This document shows, piece after piece, positions 36,662-47,699 of a DNA stretch of 64,000 bases. The position numbers and the translations under genes were made by a program. The stretch is taken from assembly GCF_035594765.1 (NCBI RefSeq), contig NW_026943825.1:7803802-7867801 (forward strand). Reading direction: 5' to 3'. The notes below the pieces were generated by a model. It worked only from the letters and a program-made list of their open reading frames with translations. It did no database searches and was not told the origin of the DNA. The stretch is from Anolis carolinensis (lineage: Eukaryota). Position 1 is the first letter of the stretch. Each line of letters opens with the position of its first letter.

Positions 36662-38500
36662 GCTCAATGGAGGCAACACCATCAAGGCCATAAACACCTG
36701 GGCCATACCTGTCATAAGATATACTGCTGGCATCATAAACTGGACACAATTTGGACCGAAAAACAAGAAACCTCATGACCATTCCTCATTCACTGCACCC
36801 TCGCAGTGATGTTGACCGGCTATATCTGCCTAGAAGATCAGGGGGCAGAGGACTCTTACAAGTCAAACAAGCAGTCAAAGAAGAAGAACATGCCCTGGCA
36901 GAAGATGTCAAGCAAAGGGAAGAACCTGCTTTGATTGAAGTCAAAAATCAGAAACTCCTCAAAGCACAGCAGACAAAAAACCAGTACAAGAAAACCGCAC
37001 TACAAACTAGAGCTGACAGCTGGCACAACAAAACATTGCATGGAAAGTTCCTTGACAAAACTGAAGGAAAATCTGACAAGGAGAAGACCTGGCTCTGGCT
37101 CACAAATGGGACCCTGAAGAAGGAGACAGAAGGCCTGATCCTTGCAGCCCAGGAGCAAGACATCAGGACAAAGGCAATTCAGGCCAAGATCGAAAAATCA
37201 GCTGATGACCCAAAATGCAGACTCTGCAAGGAAGCTGATGAAACCATTGATCATCTCCTCAGCTGCTGTAAGAAAATTGCACAGACTGACTACAAACAGA
37301 GGCACAACTGTGTGGCCCAAATGATTCATTGGAATCATAGAATCATAGAATCATAGAATAGTAGAGTTGGAAGAGACCACATGGGCCATCTAGTCCAACC
37401 CCCTGCTAAGAAGCAGGAAATTGCATTCAAAGCACCCCCGACAGATGGCCATCCAGCCTCTGCTTAAAAGCCTCCAAGGAAGGAGCCTCCACCACGGCCC
37501 CGGGGAGAGAGTTCCACTGTCGAACAGCCCTTCTCACAGTGAGGAAGTTCTTCCTGATGTTCAGGTGGAATCTCCTTTCCTGTAGTTTGAAGCCATTGTT
37601 CCGCGTCCTAGTCTGCAGGGCAGCAGAAAACAAGCTTGCTCCCTCCTGCCTATGACTTCCCTTCACATATTTGTACATGGCTATCATGTCTCCTCTCAGC
37701 CTTCTCTTCTGCAGGCTAAACATGCCCAGCTCTTTAAGCCGCTCCTCGTAGGGCTTGTTCTCCAGACCCTTAATCATTTTAGTCGCCCTCCTCTGGACGC
37801 TTTCCAGCTTGTCAACATCTCCCTTCAACTGTGGTGCCCAAAATTGGACGCAGTGTGATTCCAGGTGTGGTCTGACCAAGGCAGAATAGAGGGGAGCAGG
37901 ACTTCCCTGGATCTAGACGCTATTCCCCTATTGATGCAGGACAGAATCCCGTTGGCTTTTTTAGCAGCCGCATCACAAAAAAAGCCAATGGAACTTATGC
38001 CTCAAGTTCCACCTGCCAGCAGAAAAGAACTCGTGGGATCACGAACCTGCAAAAGTATTGGAAAATGAGCACACAAAGATACTGTGGGATACTGTGGAAT
38101 CCAGACTGATTCTGGAACACAACACACCAGACATCACAGTTGTGGAAAAGAAAATGGTTTGGATCACTGATGTCGCCATCCCAGGTGACAGTCGCATTGA
38201 CAAAAAACAACAGGAAAATCTCAGGACCTCAAGATTGAACTTCAAAGACTCTGGCAGAAACCAGTGCAGGTGGTCCCGGTGGTGATGGGCACACTGGGTG
38301 CCGTGCCAAAAGATCTCAGCCGGCATTTGGAAACAATAGACATTGACAAAATTATGATCTGCCAACTGCAAAAGGCCACCCTACTGGGATCTGCATGCAT
38401 CCTCCGAAAATACATCACACAGTCCTAGACACTTGGGAAGTGTTCGACTTGTGATTTTGTGATACGAAATCCAGCATATCTATCTTGTTTGCTGTTTCAT
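36658..38500 (+). mobile_element. R4/Dong 5'-truncated copy split by a CR1 insertion
   Basis: ORF 36751-37356 matches the 6902 ORF up to QMIHWN; sequence resumes near 37989; (TAA)n on both sides. Confidence 0.88.
37335..37976 (-). mobile_element. CR1 3' fragment
   Basis: ORF 37427-37879 (CVQFWAP...[13 protein letters not shown]); (CATAGAAT)n tail. Confidence 0.9.
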
Positions 38501-38505
38501 AATAA

Positions 38506-38555
<50 letters not shown>

Positions 38556-38624
38556 GTGTCGGACGTGTGATCCAATACAGCAGCCAGCAGAGTGTCTGCT
38601 GTGGACTCATCTTGTTATGTTTCA

Positions 38625-38677
<53 letters not shown>

Positions 38678-38769
38678 ATCACACAGTCCTAGACACTTGG
38701 GAAGTGTTTGACTTGTGATTTTGTGATACGAAATCCAGCATATCTATCTTGTTTGCTGTGTCATAATAA

Positions 38770-38822
<53 letters not shown>

Positions 38823-38891
38823 GTGTCGGACGTGTGATCCAATACAGCAGCCAGCAGAGTGTCTGCTGTGGACTCATCTTGTTATGTTTCA

Positions 38892-38935
<44 letters not shown>

Positions 38936-39226
38936 ATCACACAGTCCTAGACACTTGGGAAGTGTTCGGCTTGTGATTTTGTGATACGAAATCCAGCATA
39001 TCTATCTTGTTTGTTGAGTCATAATAAAATAATATTTTTGCTTATCCAACGCTTTTATTTTTCAGTGATTGGTTTGGGGAGGGCGCCAAAATTCTGTTCG
39101 CCTACACTTGAAAATTACCTAGGGCCGGTTTTGCCTTTACTAAGTCTATCGTAAGATTCATTCTTCTTTTTCTCCTGAACTTTAATCCATCCAAGCATTT
39201 CTCTCATTCCTTCGTCAACAGGAGTG

Positions 39227-40069
39227 ATGTCCATCCCGGCATCGCTGTTCCTGGTGGTGGTTTGGACCGTCTACCCCCGGGGCTCGTCCCCCACCAGCAT
39301 GGGACACCCTCTGCCCACTCCGCTCAAGGAGAACCACGTCTTCCCTTCGGCCCCAGCACCGCATGGAGAAGAGGCCTCCATGTCTACACCGCTCAAGGTG
39401 TATCTGGATGACGACTACGACTACGACGATGACAACGTCCAGACCGAACGGGTCCCATCCCCGATGCCTCCGCGCTGCAACTACAGCCACTGCCACCACC
39501 TCCAAGTCCCGTGCGCCGAGTTGAGCAAGGCCAGCCGGTGCTTGTGCCCGGGGATCACGGGCCCGTTGGTGGCCCCGGAGGCCCCCCGCTTGCAGACCGT
39601 CCACGTCAGCGAAGCCGGGGCCAGCTTGCATTGGTGTGCCCCGTCTTCCATCGTGGAAGCCTACCAGTTGCAGTACCAACTAATCGGCGACAACGACGAC
39701 GTCCACGTCGGACCCGCTCTTGGCAGCACTTTCCGCATGGCGTCCATTTCGGGTTTGTTGCCCAACCGGGAGTATCTCTTCTGTGTGGTGGCTTTTAACC
39801 TGGTTGGCGCCAGCCCGACCGACGACGGCTTCCAGGAACGTGGACCATGTCGTCTCGTCCGGACTCCTTCCCGACAGACGTCCTACGCTTACGTCGCCGT
39901 CGGCGTGGCTTGCACCCTCATCGTCGCGGTCGTCTCCGTCTTGGCTTGGTATTTTTGCCACCGCAGGAGGAAATATTCTCACCACGGCTCGTTGCACAAC
40001 ATCCTGGACGGCGGGTTGGGTATCACCGGGGCAGCCAACAGCTCTTTCCAAAGCGAGGAGCAGCTGTGA
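39227..40069 (+). CDS. LRRN4CL: LRRN4 C-terminal-like protein, 280 aa (signal peptide, Cys-rich region, FN3, TM, short tail)
   Basis: CNYSHCHHLQVPC..L...CLCPG, LHWCAPSS and REYLFCVVAFNLVGAS FN3 motifs; TM YVAVGVACTLIVAVVSVLAW; acceptor at 39221 just before the ATG; position between BSCL2 and UBXN1. Confidence 0.9.
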   Translation: MSIPASLFLVVVWTVYPRGSSPTSMGHPLPTPLKENHVFPSAPAPHGEEASMSTPLKVYLDDDYDYDDDNVQTERVPSPMPPRCNYSHCHHLQVPCAELSKASRCLCPGITGPLVAPEAPRLQTVHVSEAGASLHWCAPSSIVEAYQLQYQLIGDNDDVHVGPALGSTFRMASISGLLPNREYLFCVVAFNLVGASPTDDGFQERGPCRLVRTPSRQTSYAYVAVGVACTLIVAVVSVLAWYFCHRRRKYSHHGSLHNILDGGLGITGAANSSFQSEEQL

Positions 40070-40144
40070 AAGGACCCGCTTGTGGTTTTCTTGAGACTCA
40101 ATTCTCAAGGCTGGATGGTAATCTGCCATGGAGATGGTACCAAC

Positions 40145-41200
40145 CAGTCTAACAGCTGAGTTACCTGTGTGCCATTACATCAGAGGTTCTCCACTTTCCT
40201 AATGCTGCGACCCCTTGATATGGTTCCTCATGTTGTAGTGACCCCCAACCATAAATTTATTTTACGGTTTTTCAGTCTAACAGCTGAGTTACCTGTGTGC
40301 CATTACACCAGTGGTTCTTAACCTTCCTCTACTGAAGAAATTCCAGGAAGCAGGTCGAGTCTAAACTCTTTCAAGAAAACCAACTATATGTTGTATACGT
40401 TTTCTAGGTATCATTTTGTATTTTCAATCTTGAAGACATCTTGTTTATGGCTTTGAACCCTTGATACGGTTCCTCATGTTGTGTTGACCCCCAACCATAA
40501 AATTATTTTATGGTTTTTCAGTCTAACAGCTGAGTTACCTGTGTGCTATTACATCAGTGGTTCTCCACCTTCCTAATGCCGTGACCCCTTCGCACGGTTC
40601 CTCATGTTGTGGTGACCCCCAACCATACATTTATTTTACGGTTTTTCAGTCTAATAGCTGAGTTACCCGTGTGCCATTACATCAGTGCTTCTCAACCTTC
40701 CTTCATCAGTGCTTCTCAACCCCTTGGCTCAGTTCCTCATGTTGTGGTGACCCCATCCATAAAATTATTTTATGTTTTTCAGTCTAACAGCTGAGTTACC
40801 TGTGTGCCATTACATTAGTGGTTCTTAATCTTCCTAATGCCACGACCCCTTGATACGGTTCCTCATGTTGTGGTGACCCCCAACCATAAAATTATTTTAG
40901 GGTTTTTCAGTCTAACAGCTGAGTTACCTGTGTGCCATTACATATGTGATGACCCCCAACCATGAAATTATTTTACGGTTTTCAGTCTAACAGCTGAGTT
41001 ACCCGTGTGCCATTACATCAGTGCTTCTCAACCTTCCTAATGCCATGACCCCTTGACACAGTTCCTCATGCTGTGCTGACCCCCTACCCTAAAATTGTTT
41101 TCGTTTCTACTTCACAACTGTCATTTTGCTCCCGTCATGAATTGCAAATCGTAAATATCCGATAAATATCCGAATTGCAAATCGTAAATATTCGATATGT
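40145..41200. repeat. Tandem amplification (~125 bp units) of a SPIN/URR1-like hAT terminus plus flanking sequence
   Basis: CAGTGGTTCTCAACCTTCCTAATGCC..GACCCCTT..GTTCCTCATGTTGTGGTGACCCCCAACCATAAAATTATTTT, each preceded by CAGTCTAACAGCTGAGTTACC. Confidence 0.75.
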
Positions 41201-41621
41201 GGGATGTATTTATTATTTATTTTCATTCACTGGGCCAAATTTGGCACAAATACGCCCAAATTAGAATACTGGCGGGGTTGGGTGGGGGGTTGATTTTGTC
41301 ATTTGGGAGTTGTAGTTGCTGGGATTTATAGTTCACCTACAATCAAAGAGCATTCTGAACTCTACCAACGATGAAATCGAACCAATCTTTTACAACCAGA
41401 ACTCCCATGACTAAGACAGAAATACTGGAAGGATGTGGTGGACATTCGCCTTGAGTTTGGGAGTTGTAGTTCATCTGACTCCAAACAATGATGGATCTGG
41501 ACCAAACTTGGCATGGATACTCAATATGCCCAAATGTGGACACTGGTGGAGTTTGGGGAAAATAGACCTTGGCATTTGGGAGTTGTAGTTGCTGGGATTT
41601 ATAGTTCACTTACAATCAAAA

Positions 41622-42621
41622 GTAAAGTTTCCCCCTTAACATTAAGTCCAGTCTCCATGTCTAAGTTGAAGTCATTGTCCATAGACACCTCCAAGGTCAT
41701 GTGGCCACTGGCATGACTGCATGGAGTGCCATTACCTTCCCACCAGAGCAGTATCTATTGATCTACTCACATTGGCATGTTTTCGAACTGCTAGGTTGGC
41801 AGAAGCTGGGGCTAACAGCGGGTGCTCACTCCGCTCCCCGTATTCAAGTTACCGACCTGTCAGTCTGCAAGTTTAGCAGCTTAGCCACCAAGGAAAGACC
41901 GTTACCTTCCCACCGGAGCGGTACCTATTGATCTACTCACATTGGCATGTTTTCGAACTCCTAGGTTGGCAGAAACTGGGGCTAACAGCGGGTGCTCACT
42001 CCGCTCCCTGGATTCAAACCGCCGATCTGTCAGTCTGCAAGTTCAGCAGCTTAGCCACCAAGGAAAGACCGTTACCTTCTCACCAAAGCGGTACCTATTG
42101 ATCTACTCACATTGGCATGTTTTCGAACTCCTAGGTTGGCAGAAACTGGGGCTAACAGCGGGTGCTCACTCCGCTCCCTGGATTCAAACCGCCGATCTGT
42201 CAGTCTGCAAGTTCAGCAGCTTAGCCACCAAGGAAAGACTGTTACCTTCCCACCGGAGCGGTACCTATTGATCTACTCACATTGGCATGTTTTCGAACTC
42301 CTAGGTTGGCAGAAGCTGGGGCTAACAGCGGGTGCTCACTCCGCTCCCCGTGTTCAAACCGCCGACCTGTCAGTCCGCAAGTTCAGCAGCTTAGCCACCA
42401 AGGAAAGACCGTTACCTTCTCACCAAAGCGGTACCTATTGATCTACTCACATTGGCATGTTTTCGAACTCCTAGGTTGGCAGAAACTGGGGCTAACAGCG
42501 GGTGCTCACTCCGCTCCCTGTGTTCAAACCGCCGACCTGTCAGTCCGCAAGTTCAGCAGCTTAGCCACCAAGGAAAGACCGTTACCTTCCCACCGGAGCG
42601 GTAGCTATTGATCTACTCACA
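41622..42621 (-). repeat. Sauria SINE with its 5' part tandemly amplified (170 bp period, about 5 units)
   Basis: ORFs at 41942, 42112 and 42282 recur every 170 bp; SINE tail at ~41625. Confidence 0.85.
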
Positions 42622-42898
42622 TTAATTAATATATGGAACAAAAATAAAACCCCGAACTATGATTGTGTGATCAAGTATTTGCTTTGGTTTCCTACCAAAC
42701 TTTAATGAGCTCTGAAATAGGGCAGCGTTCTCACTCACAAACGGAGTTTCTGTTGGCCGTCAGCCCAGGCTGGGGTCATAAACAGGCCGCCGAGCTGCGA
42801 TCTGAAATTTTTTTTTCCCAGATAGGGTTGGGAACACAAATAAAAATTACTATATCTTGATGCAGTCCTTTCTCTCTTTGTTTCGCACCCTGCCGTGC

Positions 42899-43560
42899 TC
42901 ACACGGTTGTTTCATATTCTGTGACTTCCGCAGGACAAGAGTCCAGACGCTTCTTAAATTGGGTCGCGTCGCGTTGTCCGTCCGAGCCAGGGCCGAGATG
43001 CGGCTGCACCGTGGTGGCGTGGATCCCGTGTTCGCCGAAGACCCGCTGCACGTTGTCGATGACGGCTCGGCACCGGGTCACGTCGAGGCAGCACACGTGG
43101 GCGGTGGCGACCAAGCCGGCGGGACCGTCCAGCTGCCAGACGTGGAAGTCTCTCAGGGCCGTCACGCCTTGGGTGTCACGCAAGTGCCGCTCCAGCTCAC
43201 GGAGGTCCAACCGGTCTGGCACGGCTTGCAGGAGAACCAAGGAGGAACTACGTAAAGTTGGCCACGCAAAGAGCAAGAGGGTGATCGCGACAGCGACGGC
43301 GAGCCCAGGATCCAGGTAACGGAGCCAACACGACACAACTGAACACGCAGGACAGTCGTTGAGGCACGCTGAACGATCCACACACGGAGTCCGTTGTAGC
43401 AGCAAGTGGTACGTCACGGAGTAGAGGAAGACAGCCATCGGACCCAAGCAGGCCGCCATCCCGTCAAGAAGAAGTCGCCCGGCTTTCTTTGCAAACTCAA
43501 CAGGACCGAGCTCGGCCGCCCAGGACTTTCCGCTGCCCGAGGATCCGTTCTGCAACAGGT
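42899..43560 (-). CDS. SLC30A1/ZnT1-like cation diffusion facilitator, exon 2 (TM5-6 and cytosolic CTD)
   Basis: Polypyrimidine-GCAG acceptor, phase 1; motifs CWLRYLDP, SLVLLQAVP, FHVWQL, ATAHV, GIHATTVQP; ends ETTV*. Confidence 0.88.
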
Positions 43561-43786
43561 CTGCGGAGGAGGAAGGAAACAAAGAGCAACTCAGTTGTAT
43601 GGCGATATTCTTACACATCGACATTGTGCGGAAGTAAAAGAGAGAATTCCAGGAGAGCAATAAAACAAGCCTTTTATTGTTATCACAGCTGATGATAAGG
43701 CAAAACAGCCATAGGCACCCACTTTAGTGGGTCCGTACAATGCAAATGGCCCTTGCCACATGTGCGTAGCAAACAAAGAATTTATA

Positions 43787-44437
43787 CCTCTGGCTTATCT
43801 AAAATTGACCAATGGCTGAGGGTCTTCCTCACCTACCACACCTTTGGCTTATCTAAAATTGACCAATGGCTGAGGGTCTTCCTCACCTTCCACACCTTTG
43901 GCTTATCTAAAATTGACCAATGGCTGAGGGTTTTCCTCACCTTCCACACCTTTGGCTTATCTAAAATTGACCAATGGCTGAGGGTCTTCCTCACCTTTCA
44001 CACCTTTGGCTTATCTAAAATTGACCAATGGCTGAGGGTCTTCCTCACCTTCCACACCTTTGGCTTATCTAAAATTGACCAATGGCTGAGGGTCTTCCTC
44101 ACCTTCCACACCTCTGGCTTATCTAAAATTGACCAATGGCTGAGGGTCTTCCTCACCTTCCACACCTTTGGCTTATCTAAAATTGACCAATGGCTGAGGG
44201 TCTTCCTCACCTTCCACACCTCTGGCTTATCTAAAATTGACCGATGGCTGAGGGTTTTCCTCACCTTCCATACCTCTGGCTTATCTAAAATTGACCAATG
44301 GCTGAGGGTCTTCCTCACCTTCCACACCTCTGGCTTATCTAAAATTGACCAATGGCTGAGGGTCTTCCTCACCTTCCACACCTCTGGCTTATCTAAAATT
44401 GACCAATGGCTGAGGGTCTTCCTCACCTTCCACACCT
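43787..44437. repeat. 54 bp minisatellite, 12 units, in the ZnT1-like intron
   Basis: (GGCTTATCTAAAATTGACCAATGGCTGAGGGTCTTCCTCACCTTCCACACCT[T/C]T)x12. Confidence 0.97.
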
Positions 44438-44892
44438 ACTTGGCATAAATGATACCTGTGACCTCACTTGTTTACTCCGAGGCACCTAATTTTATCACAA
44501 AAAACTGGGAAAATATTGACTCCAGTATAAGCCGAGGGTGGTAAATTTCAGAAATAAAAATAGATACCAATAAAATTACATTAATTGACGCATTGGTAGG
44601 TTAAATGTTTTTGAATATTTACATCAAGCTCAAATTTAAGATAAGACTCTCCAACACTGATCCAATCAATATTCTCATCTTCTTCTTCAATGTAAATGTC
44701 CTTATGTATCCTTTTAATAATAATACAGGGAAATAATACATGTAATAATAATAATAATAATAAATACAGGAAAATAATACATGTAATAATAAATAGAGTA
44801 GAATAATAAATTACATTCAATATATGGTTGATACACCTTCATCATTATAAATGCATGCAATAACATGAATATCGTTAAAGTCTATAACGTAC

Positions 44893-45412
44893 CTTCCATC
44901 TCCTGGGTGCAACCATCTCCTTGGGCGAGTCTCCTCCTTCTGCGACAGGGCTTCAGACCCACATCTTGGAAATGCCTCTTGTTCAGGCACGCTCGGACCA
45001 GGTGGACAAGGATGCCCATGGCCCCCACGCCCATCAGGACCACGGTGTGCTCGGTGAGCCGTGGTGCCACCACCCTGAGGACCGCTTCAGGGACGAGCGC
45101 CAAGCACAAGGAGCTTTGGAACATGGAGCTGAGCAGCGTGCCCAGGACTCGCACCCGGGCCCCTCCGAAGGAGTCCCGTTGGACGAGGCCCCGTCCGGAG
45201 GACACGTAGGAGTCGGCCAAGGCCACCGCCAGGCCCAGGGCTCCCCCCAAGGTGTGGAAAGCGGAGGAGAGCAGCAGCAGGGACCCCGTCGCCCGACTGG
45301 CCACGATCTCCGCCAAGAAGAAAGCCAACAAGACGCAAAGCTGGACCACGACGGTCAAGCGAGTGACCCCATCCACAACTGAGCGGGGCTTCTTTCGTAG
45401 GTGGGCTCCCAT
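44893..45412 (-). CDS. SLC30A1/ZnT1-like cation diffusion facilitator, exon 1 (TM1-4)
   Basis: ATG at 45412 (MGAHLRKK); EIVASRATGSL, SFGGARVRVLGTL and EAVLR align to ZnT1 EVVVSRVTSSL, TFGWIRAEVMGAL and EAIER; donor GAAG|GTACGT, phase 1; the spliced CDS is 1182 nt (393 aa). Confidence 0.88.
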
Positions 45413-45602
45413 CTGGACTTTCTCTGTCTCCGTCTCATTCACTTATTTATCTCCATCTGCTACATCGGACTAGTCTCCAATTACATCCTAAGATGGGTTG
45501 CTTTAAGTCCATCGCTTTCTCCATTCCGGCCACTTCGATTCGTTCGGTTTTGTTGTGTTGTTTATTTGTTTCTGGACTTGTCTGAAGTTTTTTTTTATTT
45601 TT

Positions 45603-45627
45603 TGCACTCGAAGCCGGCCCTGCGCAC
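45603..45627. promoter_or_regulatory. Two metal-response elements (MTF-1 core TGCRCNC)
   Basis: TGCACTC 45603-45609 and TGCGCAC 45621-45627, about 200 bp upstream of the ZnT1-like ATG. Confidence 0.55.
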
Positions 45628-45969
45628 TGCCACTTGGGCTCCTTTAAAGCGGCAGCTCCGTTGCTTGGCTCCATGCCCGGGCTCCAGCCAGCTGCAGAAA
45701 AAAGGACATCATTATGCATCTAATTACCCTCTTTACACAATAGGAGACGAAAAAATTTCCTAGGCCGAAAGTTCACACGAGGCCAAACTCAAGAGATTTA
45801 TTCCCCATGCACTTCAAACTCTGCCGAGGAGCCCCAAACTTCTTAAAAAATGCCTATCTAGGCTAAAATGCCATGCTAATTTTACACACACACACACATA
45901 TATATAATATACAATAATTTATAAATATATAATATATTGTATATACTTATAATATTGATAATAATATTA

Positions 45970-46292
45970 CAGTAGAGTCTCATTTATCCAACATAAACGG
46001 GCCAGCAGAATGTTGGATAAGCGAATATGTTGGATAATAAGGAGGGATTAAGGAAAAGCCTATTAAACATCAAATTAGTTTATGATTTTACAAATTAAGC
46101 ACCAAATCATCATGTTATACAACAAATTTGACAGAAAAAGTAGTTCAATATGCAGTAATGCTATGTAGTAATTACTGTATTTACGAATTTAGTACCAAAA
46201 TATCATGATGTCTTGAAAACATTGTCTACAAAAATGCGTTGGATAATCCAGAATGTTGGATAAGCGAGTGTTGGATAAGTGAGACTCTACTG
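45970..46292. mobile_element. Tc1/mariner-type MITE, complete
   Basis: TA|CAGTAGAGTCTC...GAGACTCTACTG|TA. Confidence 0.88.
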
Positions 46293-46531
46293 TACAATGT
46301 AATACAATATTATACCAATAATAATATAATATAATAATATTAATTATATATAATATATTAAATGTAATATTACTAATAATATTACCATATAATGATATAG
46401 TACAATATAGTAATTTAATGCTTATATTGTGCTATGCTCATAATATATTGTATGTATATTTGATTTGTAAGCCGCTCTGAGTCCCGAGATATAAATGTAG
46501 TCAATAAATAAATAATAAAACGAGAGGATTG

Positions 46532-46577
<46 letters not shown>

Positions 46578-46837
46578 ATTACAGTACTACATTTATTCCC
46601 CACCCTCTCTCAGAGCGGCTTACAAGTTATATGGACATACAATATATTATATCATTAGCATAGCACAATATAAGCATTATATATTACTATATACATTATA
46701 TATTACTATATACATTATATATTACTATACCACTCTACTGTAATATTATTAGTAATATTGCATTTAAGATATAGTATTGTATTATTATTAGTATTATATT
46801 GCATTACATTATAATATTAGTATCAATATTATATGTA

Positions 46838-47446
46838 CCGTATATACTCGAGTATAAGCCGACCCGAATATAAGCCGAGGCACCTAATTTTACCACAAAA
46901 AACTGGGAAAACATTGACTCCAATATAAGCCAAGAGACCAATAAAATTACATTAATTGAGGCCTCAGTAGTTTAAATGTTTTTGAATATTTACATCAAGC
47001 TCTAATTTGAGGTATGACTGTTCAACTCTGATTAAATCATTATTCTCATCTTCTTCAATGTAAATGTGCTTATGTATCCTTTTAATAATCATAGAGTGAA
47101 ATAATAAATGTAATAATAATAATCATAAATGCAGTAAAATAATAAACGTAATAATAAATAGAGTAAAATAATAAATGTATTAATAATAATAATAATAGAG
47201 TAAAATAAATGTAAAAGTAACAATAATAGAGTAAAATAATAAATGTAATAATAATAATTAATAAAATAATAAATGTAACGATACCAATAATAATAGAGAA
47301 AAATAATAAATATACCATATATACTTGAGTATAAGCCGACCTGAAGATAAGCCCACCAGGACCCTCACCCGAGTATAAGCTGAGGAGGGGTTTTTTTCAG
47401 TCCTAAAAAAGGGCTGAAAACTAGGTTTATACTCGAGTATATACAG
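46838..47446. mobile_element. Tc2/pogo-like non-autonomous element, complete
   Basis: TA|CCGTATATACTCGAGTATAAGCC ... TTATACTCGAGTATATACAG|TA. Confidence 0.75.
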
Positions 47447-47640
47447 TAAGCATTATATATATTACCATATTGTACTATACCACTCTACTGTAATATTATT
47501 AGTAATATTACATTTAATATATAATATATAATATTTAATAATATTTAATATATAATATATATAATATATAATATTGTATTATTATTAGTATTATAATGCA
47601 TTACATTATAATATTAGTATCAATATTATATGTATATATG

Positions 47641-47682
<42 letters not shown>

Positions 47683-47699
47683 TATACATATATACATTA

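Larger units (their letters stand above)
35814..39133. mobile_element. DNA-transposon-like shell defined by ~90 bp inverted ends, enclosing Penelope, R4 and CR1 insertions
   Basis: 35814-35915 is the reverse complement of 39041-39133 (AGGTAATTTTCAAGTGTAG.CGAACAGAATTTTGGC.CC..CCCCAAACCAATCACTGAA). Confidence 0.6.

Noticed and set aside
39215-40152. Overlapping alternative-frame and antisense ORFs over LRRN4CL (and over the ZnT1-like exons)
   Set aside because: Expected shadows of GC-rich coding exons.
43523-43546. Walker A look-alike GSSGSGKS in the ZnT1-like cytosolic loop
   Set aside because: Gly/Ser-rich, probably disordered loop with no preceding hydrophobic beta strand and no Walker B; likely chance unless conserved in orthologs.
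43753-44448. 231 aa ORF made of 18 aa repeats
   Set aside because: By-product of a stop-free 54 bp minisatellite; non-ATG start; intronic.
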